Source of the DNA: Promethearchaeota archaeon | Lineage (GTDB): Archaea; Asgardarchaeota; Lokiarchaeia; Sigyniarchaeales; SOKP01 | NCBI GenBank assembly: GCA_048938855.1 | Contig: JBHLLT010000010.1 | Span: 32,001 to 96,000 of the forward strand | Length of the DNA stretch: 64,000 nucleotides | Reading direction: 5' to 3' | Shown here: in pieces, positions 39,604 to 50,730 of the stretch | Numbering within the stretch: the first letter of the stretch is position 1 | Layout of the letters: the number at the start of each line of letters is the position of its first letter | Position numbers and translations under genes: made by a program | The notes under the pieces: model-generated | Databases searched by the model: none | The model's input: only the letters and a program-made list of their open reading frames with translations | What the model was told of the DNA's origin: nothing

Positions 39604-40235
39604 TATTTCTCTAGTTAAGTAATCTTTGCATTTAGTTTGAATTTAAATTTAGATAGAATTTGAATATTGAATTATCCTATTAAAAGTTTAATGATTTACC
39701 AAATCATTTTTCATATTTCATTGAAAAAATAGATAAGAAAATTGGTGTTTAGTTTTATTTTAAGAGTTATCTAAGTTATGACTTAATCAATTAATTAAAT
39801 CTTTTATTTTGATGAAATAGTCTATATATTTAACTTCAGAAACCCTAAACTCCCAAATTTTTTAAAAGGGTCAAATAGTATATTATCAAAAATTTCTTAA
39901 TATAGCGTTTCAAAATTTGAATATTTTCGCCCAATCTTTTTCAATTTCGATAATATTTATTAATATGAGAAAATTTATGAAGATATTACGTGTTATATTT
40001 CTAAAATTCAACATAAATTCAATAACCGCAAAAAAGTATTAACTTTCACGAGATTGATCATCTTCTTGATTCTGAATTTTGTCGTTCAACTTTTTCTAGT
40101 TTATTCTCCATAAAATTAAGTATGAACAAAAATCTTTAAATATATAAAAGCTATATATCTATATAACAAACTCTTAAAAAATACTAAATTTCAACAAAAA
40201 TTTAAAAAATTAATAATATAGTGGAGGAATAACAA

Positions 40236-40445
40236 ATGTCTGAATATATTAGTTGGAGTCCCATTAGAAGATTAATGAAACATAATGGTGCTATAATTGT
40301 TGCTCGAGATGCAGTAGATGAATTAGTTGATTGGATGGGTCAATCAGCAACTAAAATCACAAAAACTGCATTATCATTAACAAAACACGCCAAAAGGAAG
40401 AAAGTTACTCGGGATGACATCTTATTAGCCATTAAATACTTCTAA
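40236..40445 (+). CDS. Archaeal histone (HMf-like)
   Basis: PIRRLMK..GA..VA.DA, A...TKHAKRKKVT..DI; GGAGG SD. Confidence 0.94.
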   Translation: MSEYISWSPIRRLMKHNGAIIVARDAVDELVDWMGQSATKITKTALSLTKHAKRKKVTRDDILLAIKYF

Positions 40446-40604
40446 ATTCTTTAGAACTTAATTTACTAACTTATCTTTTCTTTTTTTTTTAATTACTTTT
40501 TCCTAACAAAATCTGAAATTTTTTTTTTTAAAAATTAATTTAAACACAAACATTAAAAAATTATACAATAAACATAATCTACAATAGTTTAATTGTGATT
40601 TGAA

Positions 40605-41333
40605 TTGGATATCGAAGAAAAAATTGATCAATACTTAAAAATCAGACGTGCATTGCAACCAGCAATTATTCCCAATGAATCTGCACTCATAATTATTGAT
40701 ATGCAAAATTATCAAGTCAAAGAAACATCACCCATTATAGAATGGGCTGAAAAAACGGTCCCTGGTCTATTTGATTATTTTGTTAAACAAATTGATGAAG
40801 TAGTAAATCCAAATATAAATCGATTAGTAGAATTCTTTCGAGCAAACAAAATCCCTATATTCTATACAAAGTTTGCAAGCTTTAGAAATGATCGAACAGA
40901 TTATTCCAATAATATACGAGCTATTAATGAAATGTCCGAAAATATGATCGGTAAATATATATTTCCATCTGTTCAAGATCCTCTTGCTGATATTATCCCT
41001 GAGTTAAAACCAGAAGAAAATGATATAATAGTAATAAAGACAACTAATGGAACATTTAGCTCAACAGATCTCGAGCATCAATTGAGGAATATAGGGATGA
41101 ATACTGCAATAATTGTTGGGGTGGTTTCTCATATTTGTGTCGAGAATACTGCAAGAATAGCGTTTGATTTAGGATTTAACGTTTATTTAGTTGATGATGC
41201 ATGTGCGGGATGGTCTCCAACTCTACATAATGCTGCTTTAAGAGGGATGGAATTATTCTTTGTAAGTATCATCTCTACAGAAGAACTTCTCAGAAGCCTA
41301 AATAAACAATTGAAAAAAAAGAATGAAAAATAA
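40605..41333 (+). CDS. Isochorismatase-family cysteine hydrolase
   Basis: IIDMQN, K, GVVSHICVENTAR. Confidence 0.9.
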   Translation: MDIEEKIDQYLKIRRALQPAIIPNESALIIIDMQNYQVKETSPIIEWAEKTVPGLFDYFVKQIDEVVNPNINRLVEFFRANKIPIFYTKFASFRNDRTDYSNNIRAINEMSENMIGKYIFPSVQDPLADIIPELKPEENDIIVIKTTNGTFSSTDLEHQLRNIGMNTAIIVGVVSHICVENTARIAFDLGFNVYLVDDACAGWSPTLHNAALRGMELFFVSIISTEELLRSLNKQLKKKNEK

Positions 41334-41382
41334 ATTACCTTCTAAAATTCTATTTTATCTATTTTATATTAATAACATTATC

Positions 41383-41931
41383 TTATCCTTTAAGAGGATA
41401 GTCTAACCAAAAATCAATCAATAATGGTTCTCGTTCAAAATTAACAAGTGAAATTGATGTAGCTTGGATGAAAAATGGATTTTCTTCTGTAATCACAATT
41501 TTTTCTTTTATTATATCAAAAGCTTTATTAATTTCCTCCTTTTGGAGATACATTCCAAGTGTACAATGTGGAACCCAGGTTAAAGGAGATATTCCACCTT
41601 CAAAATCCTTAAAAAGACTAAATATTTTCTGTTGAATATTTAAAAGTTCATTAGATGCTTTCGGATTTAAGAAGATTACGCTATTTTCAACGGGAAAATA
41701 TCCAATACTACTTATTTGGATTTTGAGGGGTTTATTCTCAATAGAGAACAAAGTCAATCTTTCTTTCGCAGATTGAGAATTAATATTTTCATATATACTT
41801 AAAGTAATATGCGGTTTGTATTTGGGGTCATAATGCATAGACCCTATTTTTTTATCTTTAAATTTTTTAAAAATTTGATGTATCGGAAACGAACTTTCAT
41901 CATCAAAAGAAAGTACAATTGCATATGGCAT
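41383..41931 (-). CDS. 2H phosphoesterase (2'-5' RNA ligase superfamily)
   Basis: PHITL and PHCTL motifs; ATG at 41931 avoids overlap with the divergent gene. Confidence 0.88.
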   Translation of the reverse strand: MPYAIVLSFDDESSFPIHQIFKKFKDKKIGSMHYDPKYKPHITLSIYENINSQSAKERLTLFSIENKPLKIQISSIGYFPVENSVIFLNPKASNELLNIQQKIFSLFKDFEGGISPLTWVPHCTLGMYLQKEEINKAFDIIKEKIVITEENPFFIQATSISLVNFEREPLLIDFWLDYPLKG

Positions 41932-41987
41932 AATACCTAGTTTAATAAGACCAACTAATAAATATTTTGGAGATTTACAAAAGTTGA

Positions 41988-43004
41988 ATGAAAGAAGTTT
42001 ATCCTGATATTTTTTTAATAAAGCAAAAAGGGAGATTTGGAGCAATCAAACCCCCTGAAAATTTATATGTTTTGGCTGGACCAGATGGAATTATATATGA
42101 TGCGGGCTATGGAACCAAAAGAGCAGTTAAACAATTGGTTAAAGAACTAAAGGAAATTGAAAATTATTACAGAAAACAAAAAAAAGAGTTCAATATTACA
42201 CGAATTCTTGTTTCCCATTGTCATCCAGATCATTTTAGTGGATTAAAGCGAATAAGAAAGAATCTTGGACTAAAAATTGTTTTAACAAAAAGAAGCAGTG
42301 AAATAATTAAAGATAAAAAAAGTTTTATTGAAACCTTTAGAACAGATGCTTATGAAGATTATTTAAGAATCAGAAAAAGAGTCACCCGGAGAATTATTAA
42401 TTCTTTAAGAAATGTGGGTTCAAGATTATTTTATCATGGGATATATGGAACCTCGTATATAGAATATCCAGATGAAATTATTGAAATTAACACCAATGTC
42501 ATAATAAACGGAGAGAATTGGAAAATTTTTCCATCTCCCGGACACGCTATAGACCACATCTCTCTTTACAATCAAGAGAAAGGTATTCTATTCTCGGGTG
42601 ATAATATCTTAAGGACTATAACTACGTGGTTAGGCCCTCCTAATTCTGATATTGCAGAGTACATGAGTACAATCAAAAATATTGAGAAATTGCCTAATCT
42701 TAAATTAATTCTATCTGCTCATGGGAGTCCTATAGAAAATCCACAGGAAAGAATAACAGAAATTTTGACACATAGAGAAATTAGAGAGAAGAAAGTATTG
42801 GAAATAATATACAGCAAATCAACGAATGGTATTTCTCCAAAAGAACTTATTAGAGTTATTTATCCTAATAATAGCAGGTTTCTCCATCAGGTAGCAAGAG
42901 GGTGGGTTGTATTAACTTTAAAAATGCTTGAAAATAAAAAGTTGATAAAAAGAGTAGATACAAAAAAGAAAGTACTATTTTTTCCAGAAGGAACAGAAAA
43001 TTAA
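41988..43004 (+). CDS. MBL-fold metallo-hydrolase with C-terminal winged helix
   Basis: SHCHPDH, PGH, SGD, AHG. Confidence 0.9.
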   Translation: MKEVYPDIFLIKQKGRFGAIKPPENLYVLAGPDGIIYDAGYGTKRAVKQLVKELKEIENYYRKQKKEFNITRILVSHCHPDHFSGLKRIRKNLGLKIVLTKRSSEIIKDKKSFIETFRTDAYEDYLRIRKRVTRRIINSLRNVGSRLFYHGIYGTSYIEYPDEIIEINTNVIINGENWKIFPSPGHAIDHISLYNQEKGILFSGDNILRTITTWLGPPNSDIAEYMSTIKNIEKLPNLKLILSAHGSPIENPQERITEILTHREIREKKVLEIIYSKSTNGISPKELIRVIYPNNSRFLHQVARGWVVLTLKMLENKKLIKRVDTKKKVLFFPEGTEN

Positions 43005-43145
43005 GATTTTCTACAGGTTCAAGGAATTTATAAACTTATTTCTGAATTAATAATAAGTTTCTATTTGAAAAAAGTAATTTTAATATTATATTAATCTTAC
43101 AGCGATATTATTTTTAAAAGTACTTAATCTTGAGTAATTTTAAAT

Positions 43146-45299
43146 ATGAATGAAGAACACAGAGGATGTTTAAATGGGCCATTCTTGAAGGATAACCAAA
43201 TCTTATATAGAGAGTATCAAAAAAATATTGCAAATAGTTGTAAAAATAAAAATTCATTAGTAATTCTTCCAACCGGATTAGGAAAAACTATAATTGGCAT
43301 TCTGTTAATAGCAAATCGGCTAATAAAATATTCAAATGCGAAAATAATTATTCTTGCTCCTACACGACCACTAGTATCACAGCACAGAGATTCATGTGAG
43401 AAATTTCTTGATATTGATGTTAATGAAATTGCCTTATTTACCGGAAAAATACCTCCTGAAAAAAGAATTCTATTATTTCAAAATTCTAAAATTATTATTT
43501 CTACTCCTCAAGTAATAAAAAATGATTTAATGAGAGGTAGATATGACTTAACAAAAGTTTCATTAATAATTTTTGATGAAGCCCATAAAACCAAAGGAAA
43601 TTACGCCTATAACATAATTTCAGAAGAATATATTAACACTTGCACAGATCCATTAATATTAGGACTTACAGCTTCCCCTGGAAAGAATTATGAACGAATT
43701 CAGGAAATTTGTGATAATCTCTTCATCGAAAATATTGTCTTTAAAAATTATGAAGATAAAGATGTAAAAGACTATATTCATGACATTGACACTTTCATTA
43801 ATTTCATAGATTTACCTGTCAAAATACGAGAATTAAGCTCAGTTTGGTATAATTTATTTGAAACCTTTTTAAAATGGTTTATCAAAAACAAACTAATTGC
43901 CCCCAATAAGCCATATTACTCTAAATTGGATTTCTTAGGAATTGCCCGAGATTTAACTTTATCTATACAATATGAAAAGGGAGAAGGTATAGAACTATCA
44001 GAAGATGAATACTTAGAGGCATTGTATTATAACTCGCCTCGGATCATTGATATTGTTAAGGAATACCAACTTGATATCCCCACTATATATTCATATTGTT
44101 CAAGTTGTATATCTATACTCCATGCCAAAGATTTATTAGAAACACAGGACATTTCTCTTTTTAAATCGTTTTTAGACAAAATTCTTTATAAAGCGAATAA
44201 AGATATCTTATCTGCTAAAAGAATTACAAATTCAGAGCATTTTGCCTATGTAAATTCCGTAATAGAAAGCGAAGAAAATATAAATTTATCTCATCCTAAA
44301 TTGAAAAAGACAATATCAATAATCAAAGACGAACTTGAAGAATTTAACAATAAAAAAATACTTGTTTTCACACAATTTCGAGAAATGGCAGAACTTCTAA
44401 AGAATTTATTACAAACTGAATTTGAGGGACAACTTAAAATTGAAAAATTCATTGGCCAAGCAACTAAGATGGATGATAATGGATTTCCCCAAAATTTACA
44501 GATAGAACTTTTAAAACAGTTCAGAGAAGGATTGATTAATATATTGGTCGCAACAAGTGTGGCTGAAGAAGGGTTAGATATTCCCAATGTAGATGCCATT
44601 ATTTTTTTTGAACCTGTTCCTTCAGAAATCAGATTAATTCAAAGGAGAGGAAGAACAGGTAGATACGCCCCAGGTAGATGTTATATACTTGTAACTGAAG
44701 ACTCCGTTGATATTCCTTTTTATATTGTAGCTAGAAGGAAAGAGAAAACAATGAACATAGTTCTTTCTAATCCTAAACAATTGAGCCTAATTAAAGAATT
44801 AAACCGGAAAAATATTAAATTTGCTAATGAAAAACTACATTGCTCAGAAGTAGAAATAATTAAAAATTTCAGAGAAAGAAAAGAACAGGAGAAAGAAAAA
44901 TTAGCTAATCGATCTATAGAAGAAATTATCTCTCAATTAGATGAATTCTGTGAGAGTAAAGAATATAGCTCTTTTAAACAATGCGGTGTGACATTTTACT
45001 CAGATTTAGTAAAATTTAACGAATTTGACCTGAGAAAAAAAATAATTAAAATGAAATCACTTAAAACCAAGAAATCTACAGTACAAAAAAAAAATTTAAA
45101 TAAAAATTTAAAAGCTTTAATAAATATAGTTAAAATTTATGGCAGAAATGGACTCTTAGATTATGATAAATTTCAAGAATTAGCTCGTGATGAAGATATT
45201 ATTGATCATAAATTTCATATCCATTTTAATCAAGCGTGTTTTTTAGGATATCTTAAGAAATCTGAGAATCGTGTGCAATTCATAATGGATTATGACTGA
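43146..45299 (+). CDS. hef: Hef/FANCM(Mph1)-like SF2 DEAH helicase without a recognisable ERCC4 nuclease domain
   Basis: REYQ, LPTGLGKT, DEAH, GLTASPG, ATSVAEEGLD, QRRGRTGR. Confidence 0.88.
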   Translation: MNEEHRGCLNGPFLKDNQILYREYQKNIANSCKNKNSLVILPTGLGKTIIGILLIANRLIKYSNAKIIILAPTRPLVSQHRDSCEKFLDIDVNEIALFTGKIPPEKRILLFQNSKIIISTPQVIKNDLMRGRYDLTKVSLIIFDEAHKTKGNYAYNIISEEYINTCTDPLILGLTASPGKNYERIQEICDNLFIENIVFKNYEDKDVKDYIHDIDTFINFIDLPVKIRELSSVWYNLFETFLKWFIKNKLIAPNKPYYSKLDFLGIARDLTLSIQYEKGEGIELSEDEYLEALYYNSPRIIDIVKEYQLDIPTIYSYCSSCISILHAKDLLETQDISLFKSFLDKILYKANKDILSAKRITNSEHFAYVNSVIESEENINLSHPKLKKTISIIKDELEEFNNKKILVFTQFREMAELLKNLLQTEFEGQLKIEKFIGQATKMDDNGFPQNLQIELLKQFREGLINILVATSVAEEGLDIPNVDAIIFFEPVPSEIRLIQRRGRTGRYAPGRCYILVTEDSVDIPFYIVARRKEKTMNIVLSNPKQLSLIKELNRKNIKFANEKLHCSEVEIIKNFRERKEQEKEKLANRSIEEIISQLDEFCESKEYSSFKQCGVTFYSDLVKFNEFDLRKKIIKMKSLKTKKSTVQKKNLNKNLKALINIVKIYGRNGLLDYDKFQELARDEDIIDHKFHIHFNQACFLGYLKKSENRVQFIMDYD

Positions 45300-45331
45300 A
45301 GAGTATAATAAAATAATGAAATAATACTCAA

Positions 45332-48300
45332 TTATTTTATCTTTTCTTCCTTTGTTCTTCTTAAATAATAAACTAAAACAAAAGCAGTAACCAAAATTGG
45401 AAATGCAAAAACAGTAGGGTTACCTCCACTAAATATAAATAAATAATATGTAATTGCGATAATTGAGGAAAAGAAAGCTATTATTCCGCCATATTGACTC
45501 GCAAAATTTCTTAAATTCCGTTTTAACATTTGAAGTTTATAATTACTACTTTTAATTACTTCTATTTCAGTTTCATCTAATTCATCTAATATTTCTGGAT
45601 TTTCGAAATAGATCGAAAATCTTGGATCGAACTTACCTTTTAATTCTCCTTCACTGATAAGATATAACAAATGATCTTGAACGTTTTGCTTTTTAATTTT
45701 TAATTCATTATTTAGAAATCCTAATGTTAAATATCCATTCGCAACTGCCTTAATTGTCATATCTATATATGATTTTAATATTAAACGTTCAAGATTTCTA
45801 ACTTTTTCAGCTAAAATCTCTGAATAATCATCAATAAACTTATTAAAGTCATCTAGTATAAATTTTGATGTTTGATTAAAATTCTTTGATAGTTTAGTAA
45901 ATTCCTTAATTTTATTATCAACAATTTTGAGGATATCCTTAATCTCTAATTCAATGCTCTTTGCTCTTTTTTGAATTAAAACATTACATTTCTTGAATTC
46001 TTTGATTTCTATATTATCTTCTACTTTTCTTTCTAAATTACCAAGCAATTGACTCAAATGAATCTTCTTTTTATTAATAAGGTTTACCAATTGCTCTCTA
46101 AATGACTCATTTTTCATCAAGTTTAAATAATCATTAATCTTCTGTGTTTTATTATTAAAAAGGTTAATAAATTCATTTTTTGATTTTACATATAATTCTC
46201 TTATCTCTGGTACTAATTTGCTTGAATCACCAGATTTATTAAGTAGTATATTTATTTTTTCTTCGATTTTATTTTGAGATTTTTTCAATTCTTCATTAAT
46301 TTTTTGTTGATTACTTTCAAAATTTTCTTGAATTTTTAGGTAGTTATCATAGCCTTCCGTTTCTTTGAAGACTTTATCAAAATGTGCTTTTAATTCGATG
46401 GTGAGTGAATTGAATTGTTGATTAATGAAGCTTTGCATTTCATTATGCATCTTTAGACTCTTTTTTATTTTATTTATAGCAGCTCTTTCATTTTCTAAAA
46501 TTGATTCAAAATTATTTTTGGTTTCAACGAACTCGTCTCTCTCTTGATTAATTTTAAGTTCCTGTACTTTTTGATGGAACTGTTTGGGGAGCACATCTTC
46601 AAAAATTCTTAAATCATTAATTCTATTTTGAAGTTCTAGCATATTGATGTTCAAAGTCAGGTTTCTAATGCTTGAATCGTACAAGGTTAAAATTTTACCC
46701 ACTTTCTCTCTATTAAATTTTAGTAAATTATTATCGATATAATTCTTGAGTTCTTTATTTAGATAATAATCATCAGTATATACTAAGATGGATTTGTCTT
46801 CTTCATTAAGTTCTGCATTGATTTTCGAAACATCAATCATATCCTTTAATCTACTTATAAGAACTTTGCAAGATAATTCTACTTCATCCTTTAAGTCGAC
46901 TAATTTAATGTTATTTGTTTTTTTCTCAATAGCCATTATAATCAATTTTGATGAAATAATTCGATTGATATACTCATCTTTTAAAATAGAGATTTCATTA
47001 AGAAAGAAATCACTAAATTTCTCCCATTGAATTATGCTAAGTTCTGATTTTTCCTTAAAATTATCAATATTCTTATTACAATCATTTAATTTTTTCACGT
47101 AGATTTTGTCTATTCTATTATAATCACTTTTTAACTGGTCAAATTTCTTTATAGCATCGTCTATTGTTAAATTGTGAGATAAATTTAAATTATTTTTTGT
47201 ATCTTTCAATTGAGATTTGAGATTAGATATATTTTGAGAAGTAAAATTATCAAAATCTTCTAATTTACTTCGATTTCTTTCTTCAATGATCTTATTTTTT
47301 AAAACTTTTACCTGGTTAGCAAATAATTCAATCGCATTGGACTCTAATAGGTCCAACTTATCTTGTAAATGCCGATGAAGAACGTAGAGTTTTTGTTTTT
47401 TCTTAATTTCTTGTTTAACTGCTGATTGAAGTTCTTTAATTTCACTTAATCTCTTATTTAATAATAGATCAGTCTCTTTTTTAGTAATATTAAAAGCTTC
47501 GTGAAAGGCAGTTTCTAAAATCTTGCTTTTTGCTTTATTATTGATTTCTATTATATCAAGTTTAATCTGTTCATTTATTTCTTCAATTTTTTGTATATTA
47601 GTGTTGAAAAATTGAAAACCATCAATATAATAATTGAATTCGATATTGAAATGCTCCTTGACCCTTACCCAATTATCTATAATCTTCTTATGTTTCCTAA
47701 CTATTTTCTTTTCCTTAGTGGTGACTTTTTGGGAAACATTGTAAATGATATTATCATATTTTTTTACGTTTTGAGAAATGTTGTCTAATTCCTGTATAAT
47801 AAGGTTCAATTGGGCATTATCAAATTCTTTTTCAAAAGTTTCACTAAAAATCTTTCTGAAAGAATCCAGTCTTTTTTGTAAATCTTCTTCAATAATCCCA
47901 ACTTTTTCTTTTAAATTTTCTAACAAGTCATTTAAATTTCTTAAATCTTCTTTTTCTTGTATTTTACTTTGAAGATATGCTCCAACATCTGATAATTTCT
48001 TCTGCAAAACAGAATATAATTTGTTCCATTGAGCAATCTCAGCCCCTAAACTTGCTTGGATGTTGATATATTTAAGAATTTCATTAAAAGAACTTTCGAT
48101 ATTTTCATTTAAAAAATCCGCTTCCATTAATGCGTCTCTTAATATAAATTTTAATCTGTCTTTAGCATATTCAATTTCATTAATCAAAAGATAACTTTCA
48201 ATTTCTTCTTTTATTTGGGAAATAACTCCGTTTAGTTTTAAAGTCAAATTATATATGTCGTTCCTAATATCTTCAAGTTTCTCTTTTTCTTCATATAATT

Positions 48301-49738
48301 TTTCTGTATTTAAGTTCATATCAGAGATAATAATTCTCTTTAAAAGATAGTTCAAATAAAACAAGTATTTTGTTTTAAAGCCTAAAAAAACTTTTTTTGT
48401 TCTAATATTTCCAATAAAAAACCTTTTCTCAACCATATCTTTGATGATTGGAAAGATTTCTTCTCTTAATCTTATTGGTTCATTATTAATAAGTCTATAT
48501 CTCCTAGAAAGATCTGTTAAAGAAATTATACTATTATTTTTGAGTTTCTCATAGAAAATTTCCAAAAATTTTTTTTTCCCTTGGCTAAGAGTATTTATAT
48601 AATTCTTAAATTCAACTTCATTGTCTACAATCTGCAAATTAAAGGTATAGTTAAGGTTAATGTAAGATAAAATATCTCCAATATATTCTGTAAACCCAAA
48701 AGTAGTCTTTAATTGATTAACATCTATATAATTTTCTTTCTCTATTTGTTTAAATATTACTCTCTCAATTTCATCAATGAATTTTCTCCAAATTAAGGAT
48801 AAAAGAGCAACTAGTTTAGAAACTTCTTTTAGTTTAAGAGTCTCCCGATTCTCTTGAAGACTTAATATTTCTCCTAATTTCTGATTGATATATGAATATA
48901 TTCCAGTAGGATTATAGCTTAATAGCCATGAATACACTTCAAGCGTATAACCCATCCAGAAGGTTGTGTCAATCTTATCATCTTGATTAAAACTAAATCC
49001 TCCACTTTCATTTTGTTGTTGTTGGAGGAATTGTAATTCTTTGTCTTTTACTTCATATTCAAGATCTAAGTATTTAAGACATAAAAGTCTAAAAACTAAT
49101 GCAGAATCTTTTTTTCTATCATTAAGAAATGAACGAAACTGGTCTCTATAATTACGGACATCAATTCCTAAGAGCGAAAAGATTTCCAACACGTAATACA
49201 AAATTTTCGCAGGATGGCAATTTTTACAGATTTCACACTCCTTTTTCAAACAATGTAGAAATTTATTACCTTGCTTATGTGCTAAAACAAAATTTTTAAT
49301 TTCTAATTTAATTTGGGTTTGTTTCTCAGAAAAAAGATACTCTTTTAGAAGACCAAGGATATTAAGGCAAGATAATGCTAAATAAGTAGAATAAATATCA
49401 GGAAGCTCATCAGAATAAGGAGACAATTTGAAACCCACGCTTTCATATTGAGAAACTTCACAATTCTTTATAAATTTAAATATTTCTTCTCTATTAGCTA
49501 TTTTATCTTCTTTAAGATATTTTCGAAGCAAAAGAAACCAAAAAATTGTTTCTAAATTTAATTGAGATGTAGTTAATAGATTTTCATTAAAGTATTGATA
49601 GTAATTAATTAATTCATTATAATTTTTAAAGTAAAAACTTTTGATTTCTTTTCTTTTTAAAGTTATGAATGATTTAAAAGGCTCTTTTTTAAATTGCGTA
49701 ATATAAGGATAAGCAAATTTATCATCCATAGAAGTCAA
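45332..49738 (-). CDS. 1468-aa protein: prenyltransferase-beta-like alpha/alpha barrel, long coiled coils with PCI/winged-helix-like domains, C-terminal 2 TM
   Basis: GF....PDIYSTYLALSCL.ILG and Q..SGGF repeats; WH-like segments; hydrophobic C-terminus. Confidence 0.75.
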   Translation of the reverse strand: MTSMDDKFAYPYITQFKKEPFKSFITLKRKEIKSFYFKNYNELINYYQYFNENLLTTSQLNLETIFWFLLLRKYLKEDKIANREEIFKFIKNCEVSQYESVGFKLSPYSDELPDIYSTYLALSCLNILGLLKEYLFSEKQTQIKLEIKNFVLAHKQGNKFLHCLKKECEICKNCHPAKILYYVLEIFSLLGIDVRNYRDQFRSFLNDRKKDSALVFRLLCLKYLDLEYEVKDKELQFLQQQQNESGGFSFNQDDKIDTTFWMGYTLEVYSWLLSYNPTGIYSYINQKLGEILSLQENRETLKLKEVSKLVALLSLIWRKFIDEIERVIFKQIEKENYIDVNQLKTTFGFTEYIGDILSYINLNYTFNLQIVDNEVEFKNYINTLSQGKKKFLEIFYEKLKNNSIISLTDLSRRYRLINNEPIRLREEIFPIIKDMVEKRFFIGNIRTKKVFLGFKTKYLFYLNYLLKRIIISDMNLNTEKLYEEKEKLEDIRNDIYNLTLKLNGVISQIKEEIESYLLINEIEYAKDRLKFILRDALMEADFLNENIESSFNEILKYINIQASLGAEIAQWNKLYSVLQKKLSDVGAYLQSKIQEKEDLRNLNDLLENLKEKVGIIEEDLQKRLDSFRKIFSETFEKEFDNAQLNLIIQELDNISQNVKKYDNIIYNVSQKVTTKEKKIVRKHKKIIDNWVRVKEHFNIEFNYYIDGFQFFNTNIQKIEEINEQIKLDIIEINNKAKSKILETAFHEAFNITKKETDLLLNKRLSEIKELQSAVKQEIKKKQKLYVLHRHLQDKLDLLESNAIELFANQVKVLKNKIIEERNRSKLEDFDNFTSQNISNLKSQLKDTKNNLNLSHNLTIDDAIKKFDQLKSDYNRIDKIYVKKLNDCNKNIDNFKEKSELSIIQWEKFSDFFLNEISILKDEYINRIISSKLIIMAIEKKTNNIKLVDLKDEVELSCKVLISRLKDMIDVSKINAELNEEDKSILVYTDDYYLNKELKNYIDNNLLKFNREKVGKILTLYDSSIRNLTLNINMLELQNRINDLRIFEDVLPKQFHQKVQELKINQERDEFVETKNNFESILENERAAINKIKKSLKMHNEMQSFINQQFNSLTIELKAHFDKVFKETEGYDNYLKIQENFESNQQKINEELKKSQNKIEEKINILLNKSGDSSKLVPEIRELYVKSKNEFINLFNNKTQKINDYLNLMKNESFREQLVNLINKKKIHLSQLLGNLERKVEDNIEIKEFKKCNVLIQKRAKSIELEIKDILKIVDNKIKEFTKLSKNFNQTSKFILDDFNKFIDDYSEILAEKVRNLERLILKSYIDMTIKAVANGYLTLGFLNNELKIKKQNVQDHLLYLISEGELKGKFDPRFSIYFENPEILDELDETEIEVIKSSNYKLQMLKRNLRNFASQYGGIIAFFSSIIAITYYLFIFSGGNPTVFAFPILVTAFVLVYYLRRTKEEKIK

Positions 49739-49942
49739 TATCTAAATTACTCCTAAAACGTAATTTTATGTTTTGTTATTAATGAAAATTTTGACATTTA
49801 TTCTTTTGGAATTAATAATAGCTTATTTAATAACATTTGTAAATAAAGAGTTTTGAGAAATCTCTTATATTTTTGGTAACTCAAAAACTAATTATTATTT
49901 AATATACCATGTAAAAAGGAATTTTGTTTAATATTCATAAGT

Positions 49943-50584
49943 TCATTTATTATCTTTTAACTCTTTACCTGCTACTTTCCGAAATATTTTTCTATTTAAA
50001 TAAACTATTATTCCAGCAAACAACAAGCATACTATTATAAGATAGAGAAAAATATTTAAAATGCCTGGAGACTCTCCTGGCACATTTAAATAAATGTAAA
50101 TTTCTCCACTCATTCCAAGGTTATAATTTGATGAAGAATCTATAGCTATAATTTGGAGGATATAAACGGTATAGAATTTATTTGGATATAAACTAATATT
50201 ATCCCAATTAAAATTCCATTGGTTTCCTCCCATAAAACTCATTGAAGCATTAAATAAAAAAGTAGAGAAATTTGAGAGTTGAAAGGTTACATTTCCAAAA
50301 AGAGGGGGATTCTCATCTGTGATATTTATAATTATTGTATAAGATTTTATCCTAATTATGGTATTATTTATTTCTGGTTGAATAAATGTTATTACAGGTG
50401 CTGTAGTATCATTACTAGGACCTTGGGAAATATATAATATATGGTTATTTCTAATGTGGTCAAAATTATCTTCCTGATTATTAAAAGCAGCGTATATTTG
50501 ATAATTAATTGTAGTAAATAATATTATAAAAAATATTAATTTAAAAAGTAGCACTTGATTTTGCTTTTTATGTGGTACGACCAT
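49943..50584 (-). CDS. Exported Ig-like protein with N-terminal signal/TM and C-terminal TM plus basic tail
   Basis: DTTAPVITF Ig start, many N-x-S/T sequons, PGESPG + hydrophobic helix + RKIFRK. Confidence 0.8.
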   Translation of the reverse strand: MVVPHKKQNQVLLFKLIFFIILFTTINYQIYAAFNNQEDNFDHIRNNHILYISQGPSNDTTAPVITFIQPEINNTIIRIKSYTIIINITDENPPLFGNVTFQLSNFSTFLFNASMSFMGGNQWNFNWDNISLYPNKFYTVYILQIIAIDSSSNYNLGMSGEIYIYLNVPGESPGILNIFLYLIIVCLLFAGIIVYLNRKIFRKVAGKELKDNK

Positions 50585-50730
50585 AATTACCCACTATTTA
50601 CACTTACTATTTTAGAATAAATTCTAATTAAAATATAAATTTAAGTGAAGAATTTAGCACGTTATTAGAATTCAATGAAGTTTCGAAGAATTATTTGTAC
50701 ATTTTATTATAAAATTAAAAAAAGAAATTT

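Noticed and set aside
39604-40235. Replication origin
   Set aside because: No recognisable ORB repeats and no adjacent cdc6/orc1 gene
41932-42045. Long N-terminal extension of the 2H phosphoesterase ORF
   Set aside because: It overlaps the divergent MBL gene start; ATG at 41931 gives a normal family N-terminus
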